Positions 8,981 to 17,375 of a DNA stretch of 32,000 nucleotides are shown here, in pieces (within the stretch, counting starts at the first letter, position 1; every line of letters starts with the position of its first letter). Source of the stretch: Cupriavidus necator. Lineage in GTDB: Bacteria > Pseudomonadota > Gammaproteobacteria > Burkholderiales > Burkholderiaceae. Under the pieces are notes generated by a model. That model was not told the origin of the DNA. It made no database searches and saw nothing but the letters and a program-made list of their open reading frames with translations. Made by a program: the position numbers and the translations under genes. The stretch is taken from NCBI RefSeq assembly GCF_016127575.1, contig NZ_CP066018.1, forward strand, positions 3,780,001-3,812,000, in the 5' to 3' direction.

Positions 8981-10231
8981 ATGGCAATCCCCCCGCAAGC
9001 CGGCCCGGTGTGGGCCGACGACAGCATCAGCCGCATCCCGTTCCGCGTGTATACGGATGCACAGCTATACCAGCGTGAACTCGAACGCTGCTTCTACCGC
9101 GGTCATTGGAACTACGTCGGGCTCGAGGCGGAGATCCCGAATCCCGGTGACTTCAAGCGCACCACGCTTGGCGAGCGTTCCGTGATCCTGGTGCGCGACC
9201 AGGACGGCGAGATCAACGTCGTCGAAAACGTGTGCGCCCATCGCGGCATGAAGTTCTGCCGGGAACGCAGCGGCAACCGGAAGGACTTCCACTGCCCCTA
9301 CCACCAGTGGAACTATGACCTGAAGGGCAACCTGCAAGGCGTGCCGCTGCGTCGCGGGGTCAAGCAGGACGGCAAGGTCAATGGCGGCATGCCCGCCGAC
9401 TTCAGGCCGCAGGAGCACGGGCTCACGCAACTGAAGGTCGCGACACGCGGTGGTGTCGTGTTTGCCTCGTTCGACCATGAGGTTCCATCACTCGAGGAAT
9501 ACCTCGGGCCGGATATCCTCGGCTACTTCGACCGGCTCTTCAACGGCCGCAAGCTGAAGGTCCTCGGCTACAACAAGCAGCGCATTCCGGGCAACTGGAA
9601 GCTCATGCAGGAGAACATCAAGGACCCCTACCACCCCGGCCTGCTGCATACCTGGTTTGTCACCTTCGGCCTCTGGCGCGCCGACAACAAGGCACGCCTG
9701 GTGATGGACCCGCACTTCCGGCATGCCGCCATGGTGTCGACCCGCGGCCAGGGCGGCAAGAGCGACGTGACCTCCGGTGTATCCAGCTTCAAGGACCAGA
9801 TGGCGCTGCACGACGACCGCGTCCTCGACATCGTCCACGAGCCGTGGTGGGGAGAGCCTACCGCCGTGATGATGACGGTGTTCCCGAGCGTGATCTTCCA
9901 GCAGCAGGTCAACTCGGTCTCCACGCGCCATATCCAGCCCCATGGCCCGGATTCCTTCGATTTCGTCTGGACGCACTTCGGCTTCGAGGACGACACCGAG
10001 GAGATGACGCGGCGCCGCCTGCGCCAGGCCAATCTCTTCGGCCCCGCCGGCTTCGTGTCGGCCGACGATGGCGAAGCCATCGAATGCTCGCAGGAAGGCT
10101 TCTCCCAGAAACCCTGGCATCGCGTGCTCGCCGAACTGGGCGGCAAGACCGCGGAGAACACGGACCACATGGTGACCGAAACCCTGATCCGCGGCATGTA
10201 CGCCTATTGGCGCAAGATGATGGAGGTCTGA
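8981..10231 (+). CDS. Rieske non-heme iron aromatic-ring hydroxylating oxygenase, large (alpha) subunit, NagG/AndAc-like (salicylate 5-hydroxylase / anthranilate dioxygenase group)
   Basis: Rieske motif CAHRGMKFC...CPYHQWNY; catalytic-domain signature NWKLMQENIKDPYHPGLLH; 416 aa. It is followed by beta subunit, ferredoxin and reductase genes. Confidence 0.9.
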   Translation: MAIPPQAGPVWADDSISRIPFRVYTDAQLYQRELERCFYRGHWNYVGLEAEIPNPGDFKRTTLGERSVILVRDQDGEINVVENVCAHRGMKFCRERSGNRKDFHCPYHQWNYDLKGNLQGVPLRRGVKQDGKVNGGMPADFRPQEHGLTQLKVATRGGVVFASFDHEVPSLEEYLGPDILGYFDRLFNGRKLKVLGYNKQRIPGNWKLMQENIKDPYHPGLLHTWFVTFGLWRADNKARLVMDPHFRHAAMVSTRGQGGKSDVTSGVSSFKDQMALHDDRVLDIVHEPWWGEPTAVMMTVFPSVIFQQQVNSVSTRHIQPHGPDSFDFVWTHFGFEDDTEEMTRRRLRQANLFGPAGFVSADDGEAIECSQEGFSQKPWHRVLAELGGKTAENTDHMVTETLIRGMYAYWRKMMEV

Positions 10232-10235
10232 CGCC

Positions 10236-10706
10236 ATGGACTTCACTGACTACTACGCCCTGCTCTCCCTGTTCGCCGACTACACCGGCGCCGTGGACAA
10301 CGGCGACTGGGACCGCTGGCCGGAATTCTTCACCGAAGACTGCCTCTACCGGGTCCAGCCCCGCGAGAACCACGAGCGTGGCCTGCCGCTGGCAACGCTC
10401 TCGCTCGAAAGCAAGGGCATGCTCAAGGACCGCATCTACGGCATTCGCGAGACCCTGTTCCACGATCCCTACTACCAGCGCCACATTGTCGGCGCGCCGC
10501 TGATCAGGGAGGCCGACGGCGACAGGATCGTGGCCGAGACCAACTACGCGGTGCTGCGCACCAAGCCGGACCAGATGACCGATGTCTACAACGTTGGCCG
10601 CTACCTCGACACCGTCGTCCGGACGCCGGCGGGCTTGCGCTTCGCCTCGCGCATCTGCGTATTCGATAGCGAGATGATCCCCAACTCGCTGATCTACCCC
10701 ATCTAG
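10236..10706 (+). CDS. Aromatic-ring hydroxylating oxygenase small (beta) subunit
   Basis: 156-aa NTF2/SnoaL-like ORF 4 nt after the alpha subunit stop, with GGAGG upstream. Size and position are typical of this subunit. Confidence 0.85.
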   Translation: MDFTDYYALLSLFADYTGAVDNGDWDRWPEFFTEDCLYRVQPRENHERGLPLATLSLESKGMLKDRIYGIRETLFHDPYYQRHIVGAPLIREADGDRIVAETNYAVLRTKPDQMTDVYNVGRYLDTVVRTPAGLRFASRICVFDSEMIPNSLIYPI

Positions 10707-10718
10707 CAGGAGTGATTC

Positions 10719-11033
10719 ATGACCGAAACCTGGATCGAGGCAGCGCTGCTGTCCGACGTCCCGCAGGACGATGTCATCGCCGTGGCCGTGCAAGGCCAGG
10801 AGATCGCCTTGTACGGCGTGGACGGCGACGTCTACGCGACCGACAACATCTGCACCCATGGTCATGCGCGCCTGTGCGAAGGCTTCCTGGAGGGACATGA
10901 GATCGAGTGCCCGCTTCACCAGGGCAGGTTCGATATCCGCGACGGCGCTGCGAAGTGCGCCCCGCTGACCGAGAACATTCGCACCTACCCGGTCCGGATC
11001 GACGGCGACAAGGTGTACCTCGATCTCGGCTGA
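10719..11033 (+). CDS. Rieske-type [2Fe-2S] ferredoxin component
   Basis: 104 aa with [11 protein letters not shown] ... CPLHQGRF (CxH...CxxH). AGGAG lies upstream. Confidence 0.9.
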   Translation: MTETWIEAALLSDVPQDDVIAVAVQGQEIALYGVDGDVYATDNICTHGHARLCEGFLEGHEIECPLHQGRFDIRDGAAKCAPLTENIRTYPVRIDGDKVYLDLG

Positions 11034-11064
11034 GAGGTCGCGTCACCAACCAGAGGAGACAGCC

Positions 11065-12318
11065 ATGGATTCCGAGCGCTCAGACACCGCGACTCCCATT
11101 TCGCCAACCGCCACCATCGTCATCGTCGGTGCCGGCCAGGCTGGCGGCTGGGCCGCCCAGACGCTGCGCAACGAGGGCTTCACCGGTCGGCTCGTGCTGA
11201 TCGGGGACGAGGCCCATCCACCGCATGAGCGGCCGCCGTTATCCAAGGCCGTGCTGGCCGGCGAGGCCGCACCCGCCAGCACGTGGCTGCTCAAGCCTGA
11301 AGCGTTCGCTGCGCTCGGGCTGGAGTGGTGGCTGGACACGCGCGTCACCCGCATAGACCGGGCCGCGAAGCGCCTGGAGATAGCCAACGGAGAGATGCTG
11401 CCTTACGACAAGCTGATCCTGTGCACCGGCGGCAGGGCCCGCGCGCTCACCGTTCCGGGCGTCGACACGGCTGCCGTGCATACATTGCGCACGATTGGCG
11501 ATGCCCTGGCGCTGGCGCCGGCGTTGCGGCCCGGGCGCAGCATCGTGGTGATCGGCGGCGGCTGGATCGGCCTCGAAGTCGCCGCCACGGCACGCCGCAA
11601 AGGTGCCGAGGTCACCGTGCTCGAAGCCCAGAGCCGGCTGTGCGAGCGCACCGTGCCGCCGGAAGTCTCGGAGCACCTGCTCGGGCTGCATGCCTCGCAT
11701 GGCACCCGTGTCATGCTCGGCGCCAATATCGCCGGCATCGCCCCCGGTACCGGCGGCCGGTCCGTCGTGAAGCTGGCCGATGGCAGCACGCTGGCTTGCC
11801 ACGCCATCGTTGCGGGTGTCGGTCTCGTGCCGAACGACGAGCTTGCCTGGGAAGCCGGATTGGAGTGCGACGGCGGCGTGGTCGTCGACGCGGGTTGCCG
11901 CACGTCCGACCCCGACATCTTCGCCGCGGGCGACGTCGCGGTCACGCCCAACCCGTGGGCCGGCCGGCGCCTGCGGCTGGAATCCTGGCAGAACGCCCAG
12001 GAACAGGGCATTGCCGCCGCGCGCGCGGCGCTCGGTCTCGCGGTCGACTATCAGCCGCTGCCTTGGTTCTGGTCAGACCAGTACGGCATGAACCTGCAGA
12101 TCCATGGCATCCCCCTTCCCTCGCACCGCGTGGTGGCGCGCGGCACGCCCGGCGCGGACAGCTTCGTGCTGTTCTACCTCGACGGCGACGTGGTCAAGGC
12201 CACGCTAGGGTCCAACGCCGCGCGCGACCTGCGCTTCGCGCGCCGCCACATCGAGCAGTGCAAGCCGGTCGATGCCAGCCGCCTGGCCGACCCGAACGTG
12301 CCGATGTCCAGGCAGTAA
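11065..12318 (+). CDS. FAD-dependent ferredoxin--NAD(+) reductase component
   Basis: 417 aa with dinucleotide folds IVIVGAGQAGG and IVVIGGGWIGLEVAA, plus FAAGDVA. GAGGAG lies upstream. Confidence 0.9.
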   Translation: MDSERSDTATPISPTATIVIVGAGQAGGWAAQTLRNEGFTGRLVLIGDEAHPPHERPPLSKAVLAGEAAPASTWLLKPEAFAALGLEWWLDTRVTRIDRAAKRLEIANGEMLPYDKLILCTGGRARALTVPGVDTAAVHTLRTIGDALALAPALRPGRSIVVIGGGWIGLEVAATARRKGAEVTVLEAQSRLCERTVPPEVSEHLLGLHASHGTRVMLGANIAGIAPGTGGRSVVKLADGSTLACHAIVAGVGLVPNDELAWEAGLECDGGVVVDAGCRTSDPDIFAAGDVAVTPNPWAGRRLRLESWQNAQEQGIAAARAALGLAVDYQPLPWFWSDQYGMNLQIHGIPLPSHRVVARGTPGADSFVLFYLDGDVVKATLGSNAARDLRFARRHIEQCKPVDASRLADPNVPMSRQ

Positions 12319-12357
12319 GCCCAGCCATAAGAACAGACCGACCGGAGACAAGCCCCC

Positions 12358-13734
12358 ATGCAGCAAATCGACATCCACAAGCTGGCCGACACGGCCCGCT
12401 TCAACCGCTTCCATGCGCTCGTGCTGTTCTGGTGCGCACTCATCATCATCTTCGACGGCTATGACCTCGCGGTCGTGGGCATCGCGCTGCCTTCGATCAT
12501 GAAGGACCTCGGCGTCGCCCCGACCCAGGCGGGGCTCATGGTCAGCTCCGCGCTGTTCGGCATGGTGTTCGGCGCGATCTTCCTCGGCACCATGGCCGAC
12601 AGGATCGGCCGCCGCTGGACGATCGCGATCTGCGTCGCCCTGTTCAGCGTCTTCACCGCTGCGGCCGGGCTGGTCAAGGACCCGCTGCTGTTCAGCATGG
12701 CCCGCTTCCTGGCCGGGCTCGGCATCGGCGGCGTGATGCCGAATGTGGTCGCGCAAATGACCGAGTACGCGCCGAAGAAAATCCGGGCGACCCTGGTCAC
12801 CGTGATGTTCAGCGGCTATGCCGTGGGCGGGGTCCTGGCGGCGCTGCTCGGCAAGAGCCTGATCGAGGCCTACGGCTGGCAGTCGGTCTTCCTGGCGGCC
12901 GGCCTGCCCGTGCTCCTCATTCCTGTCATTCTCGGGTCGCTGCCAGAATCGATGCCGTTCCTGCTGGCCAGGGGCGACCACGAAGCGTTGCGGCGCATCG
13001 TCTCCAGGCTTGCGCCGGAGCAACGGTGGTCGGCCACCGACCGCTTCGCCGTGCCGGCGCAGGACAAGGCCGCCAGCGCGCCAATCCGGCACCTGTTCCA
13101 CGAGGGCCGTGGCTTCAGCACCATCATGTTCTGGATCGCGTTCTTCATGTGCCTGTTCATGGTGTACGCGCTCAGTTCATGGCTGACCAGGCTGATGGCG
13201 GGCGCCGGCTACAGCCTGGGTTCCGCGCTGACCTTCGTGCTGGTCCTCAACCTCGGGGCGATGATCGGCGCCGTGGGCGGCGGCTGGCTCGCCGACCGCT
13301 ACCACATCAAGTACGTGCTCGCCGCCATGTACGCGCTGGCCGCGGTCTCGATCACGCTGCTCGGATTCAGGATGCCGACTGAACTGCTGTTCGTCGTGGT
13401 GGGCCTGGCCGGTGCGTCGACGATCGGCACGCAGATCGTCGCCAATGCCTACACCGGGCAGTTCTACCCGACCGCCATCCGTTCCACCGGTCTTGGCTGG
13501 GCCCTGGGCATCGGCCGCAGCGGGGCCATCCTCGCCCCAATCGTCATCGGGGTACTCGTCGCCATGGAACTCCCGCTGCAGCAGAACTTCATCGCGATCG
13601 CCATTCCGGCGGTGATTGGCATGGGCGCGGTCCTGCTGATCGATCACAGGCGCTCGGCATCGGCCCGCTACGACGAAATGAGCGCCGGGCTGCCTGCGTC
13701 GCCGGTCGGGCTGTCCATCGCGGACCGGAACTGA
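12358..13734 (+). CDS. MFS aromatic acid:H+ symporter (AAHS) family transporter
   Basis: 458 aa, 12 hydrophobic segments, GYDLAVVGIALPSI, and MFS motif A (GTMADRIGRR). It is the last gene of the oxygenase operon. Confidence 0.85.
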   Translation: MQQIDIHKLADTARFNRFHALVLFWCALIIIFDGYDLAVVGIALPSIMKDLGVAPTQAGLMVSSALFGMVFGAIFLGTMADRIGRRWTIAICVALFSVFTAAAGLVKDPLLFSMARFLAGLGIGGVMPNVVAQMTEYAPKKIRATLVTVMFSGYAVGGVLAALLGKSLIEAYGWQSVFLAAGLPVLLIPVILGSLPESMPFLLARGDHEALRRIVSRLAPEQRWSATDRFAVPAQDKAASAPIRHLFHEGRGFSTIMFWIAFFMCLFMVYALSSWLTRLMAGAGYSLGSALTFVLVLNLGAMIGAVGGGWLADRYHIKYVLAAMYALAAVSITLLGFRMPTELLFVVVGLAGASTIGTQIVANAYTGQFYPTAIRSTGLGWALGIGRSGAILAPIVIGVLVAMELPLQQNFIAIAIPAVIGMGAVLLIDHRRSASARYDEMSAGLPASPVGLSIADRN

Positions 13735-13872
13735 TTCCCCAGGCCGGCGCGGCCCGGCGGGCAGCGCTCCGGGGACAGGCGCGGGCACGGCTAGAATGTA
13801 TTCATGGGAACCACGTCGGGATCACTCCCAGGCCCCGACCCCGGTTCAGTCAGAATCGAAGAGGTTGTCGCG

Positions 13873-14124
13873 ATGAAGGCAAGAGCCTCGATCATTGCAT
13901 TCGTATTGGTGACCCTGGCCACTCCGATGGCGCACGCGGGGGTGGCCGAGGACGCGCGCGGGTTCAAGAACGGCGTCAAATCGGCTGGCAAGCAGGCCGG
14001 GCATGCGGTGCGCGACGGCGCGCATGCCATTGGCCGCGGCGCGAAGGCGGCCGGCCATGCGATTGCCGATACCACTAAACAGGGCTATCGCGCGACCAAG
14101 AGGGCCGTGAAGGGTCACGAGTAA
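13873..14124 (+). CDS. Small exported basic His/Gly/Ala/Lys-rich repeat protein (83 aa)
   Basis: The internal ATG 13873 of ORF 13804..14124 follows GAAGAGG. A signal peptide MKARASIIAFVLVTLATPMAHA is present. The mature part contains reiterated AG(K/H)..GHA(I/V) units (SAGKQAGHAVRDGAHAIGRGAKAAGHAIAD). Confidence 0.55.
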   Translation: MKARASIIAFVLVTLATPMAHAGVAEDARGFKNGVKSAGKQAGHAVRDGAHAIGRGAKAAGHAIADTTKQGYRATKRAVKGHE

Positions 14125-14177
14125 GGACTTGTCCTGCGGAGCCGGATCCTGCCGCGCTCCCTTGCTCCTTTACGCCC

Positions 14178-15023
14178 TCAGGCCGACTGGGAAGGCATCC
14201 GCGGCACGAAGCGGCGGCGCTCGATCTCGCCACCCCGGGCCACCAGGGTGGTCGCCTCGGGAATTTCCTCCCATACCCCCTGCACCTCGATCAGCGGCTC
14301 GGACAGCACCAGGAAGGCGTTGTCGCCGGCGGCGATGATGCGCGGATCGTCCGGGTAAAGCGCGCGCAATTGCCGGAACGAGGTGCTGTGGAACAGCGAG
14401 CGCGAGTCCGTCTCGCTCGAATAGCGCACCGCCACGATCTGCTGGCCGTCGGTCACGCAGACGGTCATGTTGAGCGGAAACTGCACATCGTAACGGTGGC
14501 CAACGTCCTCGATCAGCCCGGCCATCTGTTCCAGCGCGCCGCCCGGATCGCGCTCCAGGCCGAAACTCAGGGCCAGGAAGAACATCACCTCGGAGTCGGT
14601 CGACCCCTCGATCCAGCGGAACAGGTGCGGCGCCACGGCCAACATCAGGTCGCGCCGCAACAGCGGGTATTCGCGGATCAGGCCGTTGTGGACGAACAGC
14701 CAGCGGCCGAAGCGGAACGGATGGCAGTTGGTCTCCTGCGTCGGGGTGCCGGTGGCTGCGCGCACGTGGGCAACGAAAAGTGGCGCTCTCACCGCCCGCG
14801 CGGTCTCGCGCAGGTTGGTGTCGCTCCAGGCCGGGTGCAGGCAGCGGTAGCGGAACGGCACCTCCGAGTGACGTCCATACCACCCGACGCCGAACCCGTC
14901 GCCATTGGTCGTGGTATGACCCAGCCGCGAATTCAGGCTCTGGTCGATCAGCGAGTGTTCCGGCTGGAACAGCACCGTTTCCAGCGGAACGGATTTGCCC
15001 GAGTAAGCCAGCCAGCGGCACAT
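14178..15023 (-). CDS. Class II (Ntn-type) glutamine amidotransferase, YafJ/EgtC-like
   Basis: The internal ATG at 15023 is preceded by AAGGAGGAG. The product starts Met-Cys (MCRWLAYSG), as expected for the Cys nucleophile of class II amidotransferases. It also carries NGDGFGVGWY and HVRAATGTPTQETNCHPF. Confidence 0.85.
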   Translation of the reverse strand: MCRWLAYSGKSVPLETVLFQPEHSLIDQSLNSRLGHTTTNGDGFGVGWYGRHSEVPFRYRCLHPAWSDTNLRETARAVRAPLFVAHVRAATGTPTQETNCHPFRFGRWLFVHNGLIREYPLLRRDLMLAVAPHLFRWIEGSTDSEVMFFLALSFGLERDPGGALEQMAGLIEDVGHRYDVQFPLNMTVCVTDGQQIVAVRYSSETDSRSLFHSTSFRQLRALYPDDPRIIAAGDNAFLVLSEPLIEVQGVWEEIPEATTLVARGGEIERRRFVPRMPSQSA

Positions 15024-15289
15024 GATGCTCCTCCTTGACCGGTGCGGCCCGGTGGCTTCCGGCCCACACTTCCAGTTGTAGGACGACAACGCGCGAACGC
15101 AAAGCACGCGCAGCTGTGGCGCACCGGCTACCCTCAACTGTACGCCGGCTCCACCGGGATACGGCGAGTTGACGCTGCGAAGCAGCAATGGCTGTAGAAT
15201 ACGCGTCCTCCCCGATTCCAATGGTCACGGCGTCCGATATCGGCCCGCGCCGCACCGGTACCTCACGAGCCTTGACAGCAGGCCCGATA

Positions 15290-15308
15290 GCGCACGCACA
15301 GCGTGCGC
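15290..15308. repeat. Perfect 8-bp inverted repeat with 3-nt spacer, 41 nt upstream of the rpoD start
   Basis: GCGCACGC (15290-15297) ACA GCGTGCGC (15301-15308). It lies just downstream of a TTGACA hexamer (15272-15277). Confidence 0.5.
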
Positions 15309-15348
15309 GCTGCTGTCGAAACGCGATTCACGAAGGAAACAGTAGTAA

Positions 15349-17319
15349 ATGACAAGCGGCGTACAACGAACGGCAGCTAAAACACGAGAAACAGGCGCAA
15401 TCAAGGACCCTGGCCAGACCAGCGCAGGGTCGACGGCGCAGCCTGATCCATCGACGGAAGCCGCCGCGCGTAGCCAGCAATTGCGTGCGCTGATCCAGCT
15501 GGGCAGGCAGCGCGGCTACCTGACCCACGCGGATATCAGCGACCACCTGCCGGAGAACTTCACTGACACGGCGGCGATGGAAAGCATCGTCAGCACGTTC
15601 GCCGAGATGGGCGTGAAGATCTATGAGCAGACGCCGGATGCCGAGACGCTGCTCCTGAGCGATGGCCCGGTGGTGGCCTCGGACGACCAGGCCGATGAAG
15701 AGGCCGAGGTAGCGCTTGCGACTGTGGACTCCGAGTTCGGCCGGACCACCGACCCGGTGCGCATGTACATGCGCGAAATGAGCTCGGCAACGCTGCTCAC
15801 GCGCAAGCAGGAAGTCGAGATCGCCAAGCGCATCGAGGAAGGCCTGAACAATATGGTGCATGCCATCTCGGCCTGCCCGTTCACCATCGCCGCGATTCTC
15901 GAGCTGTCGGGCAAGGTCGCCAGCAATGAAATCAGCATCGACGACCTGGTCGATGGCCTGAGCGACGAGAGTATTGCCGAAGCAGCCGTGGCGGCGGCAG
16001 CTGACGAGACCGACGACAGCGTCGATAGTGCCGACGAGGCCGATGACGATTCCGAAGACTCCGACGACGAAGGCTCGACCCAGCAAAGCAACGAAAAAGC
16101 CCTGGCCCAACTGCGTGAGGAATGCCTGAAGCGGTTCGCGCGCGTCACCGCGCAATTCGAGCTGATGTGCCAGGAAAGCGCCGCAAATGGCGCGGGCTCG
16201 GCAGCCTTCCTGGCCGCAAGGGATGCGGTGCGCGAAGAACTGCGCACGATCCGCTTTACCGCGAAGACCATCGAGCGCCTGTGCGCCAACGTCCAGGCCA
16301 TGGTCGACGAGGTGCGCACGGTCGAGCGCCAGGTGGTCCAGCTGCTGGTCGAGCGCTGCGGGATGGAGCGCGAGGAGGTCATCGCCCGCTTCCCCGGCAA
16401 TGAAACCAACCTGGCCTGGGGGCAGGAGCTGGTCGCCCAGTCCCGTCCGTACAGCGCGGCGGTCGCGCGGGCCCTGCCGGACCTCGAGGCGCACCAGCAA
16501 AAGCTGATCGACATCCAGGCCCGGGCGGCGCTGTCGCTGCCCGACCTGAAGGGCGTCAACCGCAAGATGCTGGCTGCCGAGCGGCAGATGCGCCAGGCCA
16601 AGCACGAGATGACGCAGGCCAACCTGCGGCTGGTGATCTCGATTGCCAAGAAGTACACCAACCGCGGGATGCTGTTCCTGGATCTGATCCAGGAAGGCAA
16701 CATCGGCCTGATGAAGGCGGTCGACAAGTTCGAATATCGCCGCGGCTGGAAATTCTCCACCTACGCGACGTGGTGGGTGCGCCAGGCCGTGACGCGGGCG
16801 ATTGCCGACCAGGCCCGCACCATCCGCGTCCCGGTGCACATGATCGAGCAGATCAACAAGCTCAATCGCCTGTCGCGCGAGATCATGCAGCAGACCGGCA
16901 AGGAACCCGATCCGGCGGTGCTGGCCGAGCGCCTGGACATGACCGAAGACAAGGTTCGCTCGATCATGAAAATCGCGAAAGAGCCGGTCTCGATGGAAAC
17001 CCCGGTCGGCGAGGATGGCGATACCAGCCTGGGCGACATGATTGCCGACTCGGACACGGCCACGCCCGCCGACGCCGCATTGCAGGCGGGCCTGCGCGCC
17101 GTCGTGCGCGAAATGCTCGACGAGCTCACGCCGCGTGAAGCCAAGGTGCTGCGGATGCGCTTTGGCATCGATATGTCCACCGACTACACGCTGGAAGAAG
17201 TCGGCAAGCAGTTCGATGTCACGCGCGAGCGGATCCGCCAGATTGAAAGCAAGGCAATGAAGAAGCTGAGGCATCCCAGCCGGGCAGACCAGCTGATCAC
17301 CTATCTGCGCGACGCCTGA
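15349..17319 (+). CDS. rpoD: RNA polymerase sigma-70 family primary-like sigma factor (RpoD paralogue by context)
   Basis: 656 aa. Present: region 1.1, region 1.2 ([11 protein letters not shown]), an acidic non-conserved insert ([24 protein letters not shown]), region 2 ([75 protein letters not shown]) and region 4 ([32 protein letters not shown]). An in-frame TAA directly precedes ATG 15349. Confidence 0.9.
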   Translation: MTSGVQRTAAKTRETGAIKDPGQTSAGSTAQPDPSTEAAARSQQLRALIQLGRQRGYLTHADISDHLPENFTDTAAMESIVSTFAEMGVKIYEQTPDAETLLLSDGPVVASDDQADEEAEVALATVDSEFGRTTDPVRMYMREMSSATLLTRKQEVEIAKRIEEGLNNMVHAISACPFTIAAILELSGKVASNEISIDDLVDGLSDESIAEAAVAAAADETDDSVDSADEADDDSEDSDDEGSTQQSNEKALAQLREECLKRFARVTAQFELMCQESAANGAGSAAFLAARDAVREELRTIRFTAKTIERLCANVQAMVDEVRTVERQVVQLLVERCGMEREEVIARFPGNETNLAWGQELVAQSRPYSAAVARALPDLEAHQQKLIDIQARAALSLPDLKGVNRKMLAAERQMRQAKHEMTQANLRLVISIAKKYTNRGMLFLDLIQEGNIGLMKAVDKFEYRRGWKFSTYATWWVRQAVTRAIADQARTIRVPVHMIEQINKLNRLSREIMQQTGKEPDPAVLAERLDMTEDKVRSIMKIAKEPVSMETPVGEDGDTSLGDMIADSDTATPADAALQAGLRAVVREMLDELTPREAKVLRMRFGIDMSTDYTLEEVGKQFDVTRERIRQIESKAMKKLRHPSRADQLITYLRDA

Positions 17320-17375
17320 TACTTGCCGGCAACAGCCGCTTGGCCGACTGACACAGAGCAGACAGGAGCTTTCGG

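Noticed and set aside
13735-13872. Rho-independent terminator after the AAHS transporter, or a promoter (TAGAAT at 13792-13797) for the small exported protein
   Set aside because: Only a 5-bp GCCGG/CCGGC stem without a T-tract was found, and no acceptable -35 at 16-19 nt spacing. Evidence is too weak to annotate.
15169-15200. TTGACG ... TAGAAT as a sigma70 promoter for rpoD
   Set aside because: The spacer is 20 nt by direct count, outside the usual 16-19 nt range, and the TG is off by one for an extended -10.
14170-15255. 361-aa and 347-aa minus-strand ORF versions extending the amidotransferase upstream or in another frame
   Set aside because: The Met-Cys start at 15023 with AAGGAGGAG is the only start compatible with class II amidotransferase chemistry. 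The longer N-terminus and the alternate frame look non-protein-like.
15272-15277. Consensus TTGACA as the -35 of an rpoD promoter
   Set aside because: No TAnnnT-like -10 lies 16-19 nt downstream. It is mentioned only as context for the adjacent inverted repeat.
15328-17274. 648-aa minus-strand ORF antisense to rpoD
   Set aside because: It is a shadow of an unambiguous sigma-70 gene, with low-complexity R/G/A/L/H content.
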